The notes beneath the pieces are model-generated. The model worked only from the letters and a program-made list of their open reading frames with translations. It was not told the DNA's origin and made no database searches. The position numbers were made by a program, and so were the translations under genes. Shown here piece by piece: positions 62,534-64,000 of a stretch of DNA of 64,000 nt. The DNA is taken from NCBI GenBank assembly GCA_012862495.1, contig BLSG01000080.1, positions 1 through 64,000 on the forward strand, given 5' to 3'. This DNA is from Thraustochytrium aureum (Eukaryota). Numbering within the stretch: position 1 is the first letter of the stretch; the number at the start of each line of letters is the position of its first letter.

Positions 62534-63167
62534 TTGCCGGGCCGGTTGCCGAAGGGTCGAGGAGGTCGAGGTCTCGCAAAGGCGCACCACCCACCTCTGA
62601 CCGCCCAAAATCGGCTGCAGCGCAAGCAAAAGACCTCGCGCACCGCACCGCGGTGGACTCGAACGAGGTTGCGTCCGCCAGCCAGAGCGCGCCAGCCAGA
62701 GCGCGCCAGCCAACGCGCCAGCCAACGCGCGCCAGCCAGAGCGCGCCGGCTGGGCCCGTGTGCTTCCACGCAGCGCTCTCTCGCGCGGGGGCGGAGGGCC
62801 AAGATGGGCCAGCGGTCTCGAAAGCCGAGTTGCCCAGGTTCAAGCACGGAAGCTCAGTCGCGCCTCGTAGCGAAAGCGAAGGCCAAGCGCGCATCGAATA
62901 GGGACGTCGGTGCCAGCACTGACAAGGGACCCATCCGCTTGCGCAGTGCAAGGCTGCTGGTNNNNNNNNNNNNNNNNNNNNNNNNNNNNNNNNNNNNNNN
63001 NNNNNNNNNNNNNNNNNNNNNNNNNNNNNNNNNNNNNNNNNNNNNNNNNNNNNNNNNNNNNNNNNNNNNNNNNNNNNNNNNNNNNNNNNNNNNNNNNNNN
63101 NNNNNNNNNNNNNNNNNNNNNNNNNNNNNNNNNNNNNNNNNNTGCCTTGCCGATGCGCGATTAAACC

Positions 63168-63789
63168 AGTGATCTGTTTCGCCGAATGGAAGCGGCACTA
63201 CGACTCGTTTGGGAGCAACTGCCCGCAATGCGCCGAGCGGATCCCGGCCACGCTTGTCCGTCGGCATGGTGGTCTGGAAAGCTTTGTAGATCAAGAGTTT
63301 TGGGCAGAGATCCAGCGCAACTGGCCGGAGGAGCTCGAGCGTAAGCGAAGGTCAGAGTCTTGTCTGGAAGGTGCGCTTGGCGAGCGAGACGTCGCCCCTG
63401 GCTCGCCAGTGAGGCGCAACCTGATCCCCACCAAGCATGGCGAGCTGCTGCGCGAGCTTCACAAAATGCAGAGCGAGCACGACGACCAGGTCCGCAGAAT
63501 AGAAGAGCGCAACGAGGACCGCCTCGTGGCCTTCTTTCGCGAAACCGGTGAGGTCGCCCTGGAACGCCAGTTCGAGCTGCAGCGCAAGGATCAAGCACTC
63601 GCTTGGAGGCTCCAGGCAGCCGCGCAGGCGTCCGCGCCGGGCGATGCATGTTGCCGGGACGAGGAGATAGCGAGGGATCTGCAGCGCGCTTTCGACCGCG
63701 AAGCCGGCGAGGCCGCAAAGGCCAGTCAGGGCGAGGGCGAGGGCAAAGACCAACAACAGCTCCTGATGCAGCACAACAGAGTTCTGTAA
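63168..63789 (+). CDS. RNF168/RNF169-like RING E3 ligase, 3' exon (second half of RING plus ubiquitin-binding motifs); first half of RING presumably in or before gap 62962-63142
   Basis: ICFAE..NCPQCAERIP..ESFVDQEFWAEIQRNWPEE, KHGELLRE, QRKDQALAWRLQ, DEEIARDLQRAFDRE; preceded by an acceptor-like ccag at 63164-63168. Confidence 0.7.
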
Positions 63790-64000
63790 TGGGCAAGCCC
63801 TTGCACAGACGGGGCTGGGCTGCAGCTGGCGAGGCTGCAACGGCCGGTTGGAAGCAGAATTCAGGTTTCTCGCAAGACCAGCAAGCCATAGCTCGCTCAG
63901 CTCTGCAACACATCATCAAGATTTATTTTGTAGTCGGGCAATCCCTGCCACAGATGGGACTGTCCTGCTCGGGAAAGCATATTTAGTACGCCGGGTTGAG

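Overview
GC-rich, gene-dense eukaryotic draft scaffold with 13 N-gaps. It has few, short GT-AG introns (about 70-150 nt), microsatellites near 5' ends, and alternating divergent/convergent gene pairs with very short spacers. Gene content and style suggest a flagellated stramenopile, probably a thraustochytrid/labyrinthulomycete (inference). About 24 protein-coding genes can be supported: CSDE1/UNR-like (missed by the ORF track because it runs off the window), cis-prenyltransferase, giant Ulp1/SENP protease, EFCAB9-like, IQ/B-box/WW protein, ankyrin protein, H15-DDT-WHIM chromatin factor, CEP104-like, ArfGAP-C2, TatD, RPC11, triple-SH3, TRAP-alpha, PanC, MFS transporter, tandem DJ-1/PfpI, N6AMT1, RMD1-family, PAK-type CRIB protein, BPNT1-kinase fusion, TM9SF, RNF168-like, and several hypothetical proteins. 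I found no rRNA, tRNA, CRISPR or mobile element. The best leads are: (1) an RNF168/169-like ubiquitin ligase outside animals; (2) an EFCAB9 (CatSper Ca2+ sensor) homolog head-to-head with a poly-IQ protein; (3) RPC11 and TatD in the same frame with only 18 nt between stop and start; (4) a phosphatase-kinase fusion enzyme; (5) a linker-histone domain fused to an ISWI-partner DDT/WHIM protein. At least three genes carry 1-nt frameshifts at short homopolymers, probably assembly errors. All family assignments are by-eye motif recognition against sequences recalled from memory; no database searches were run.
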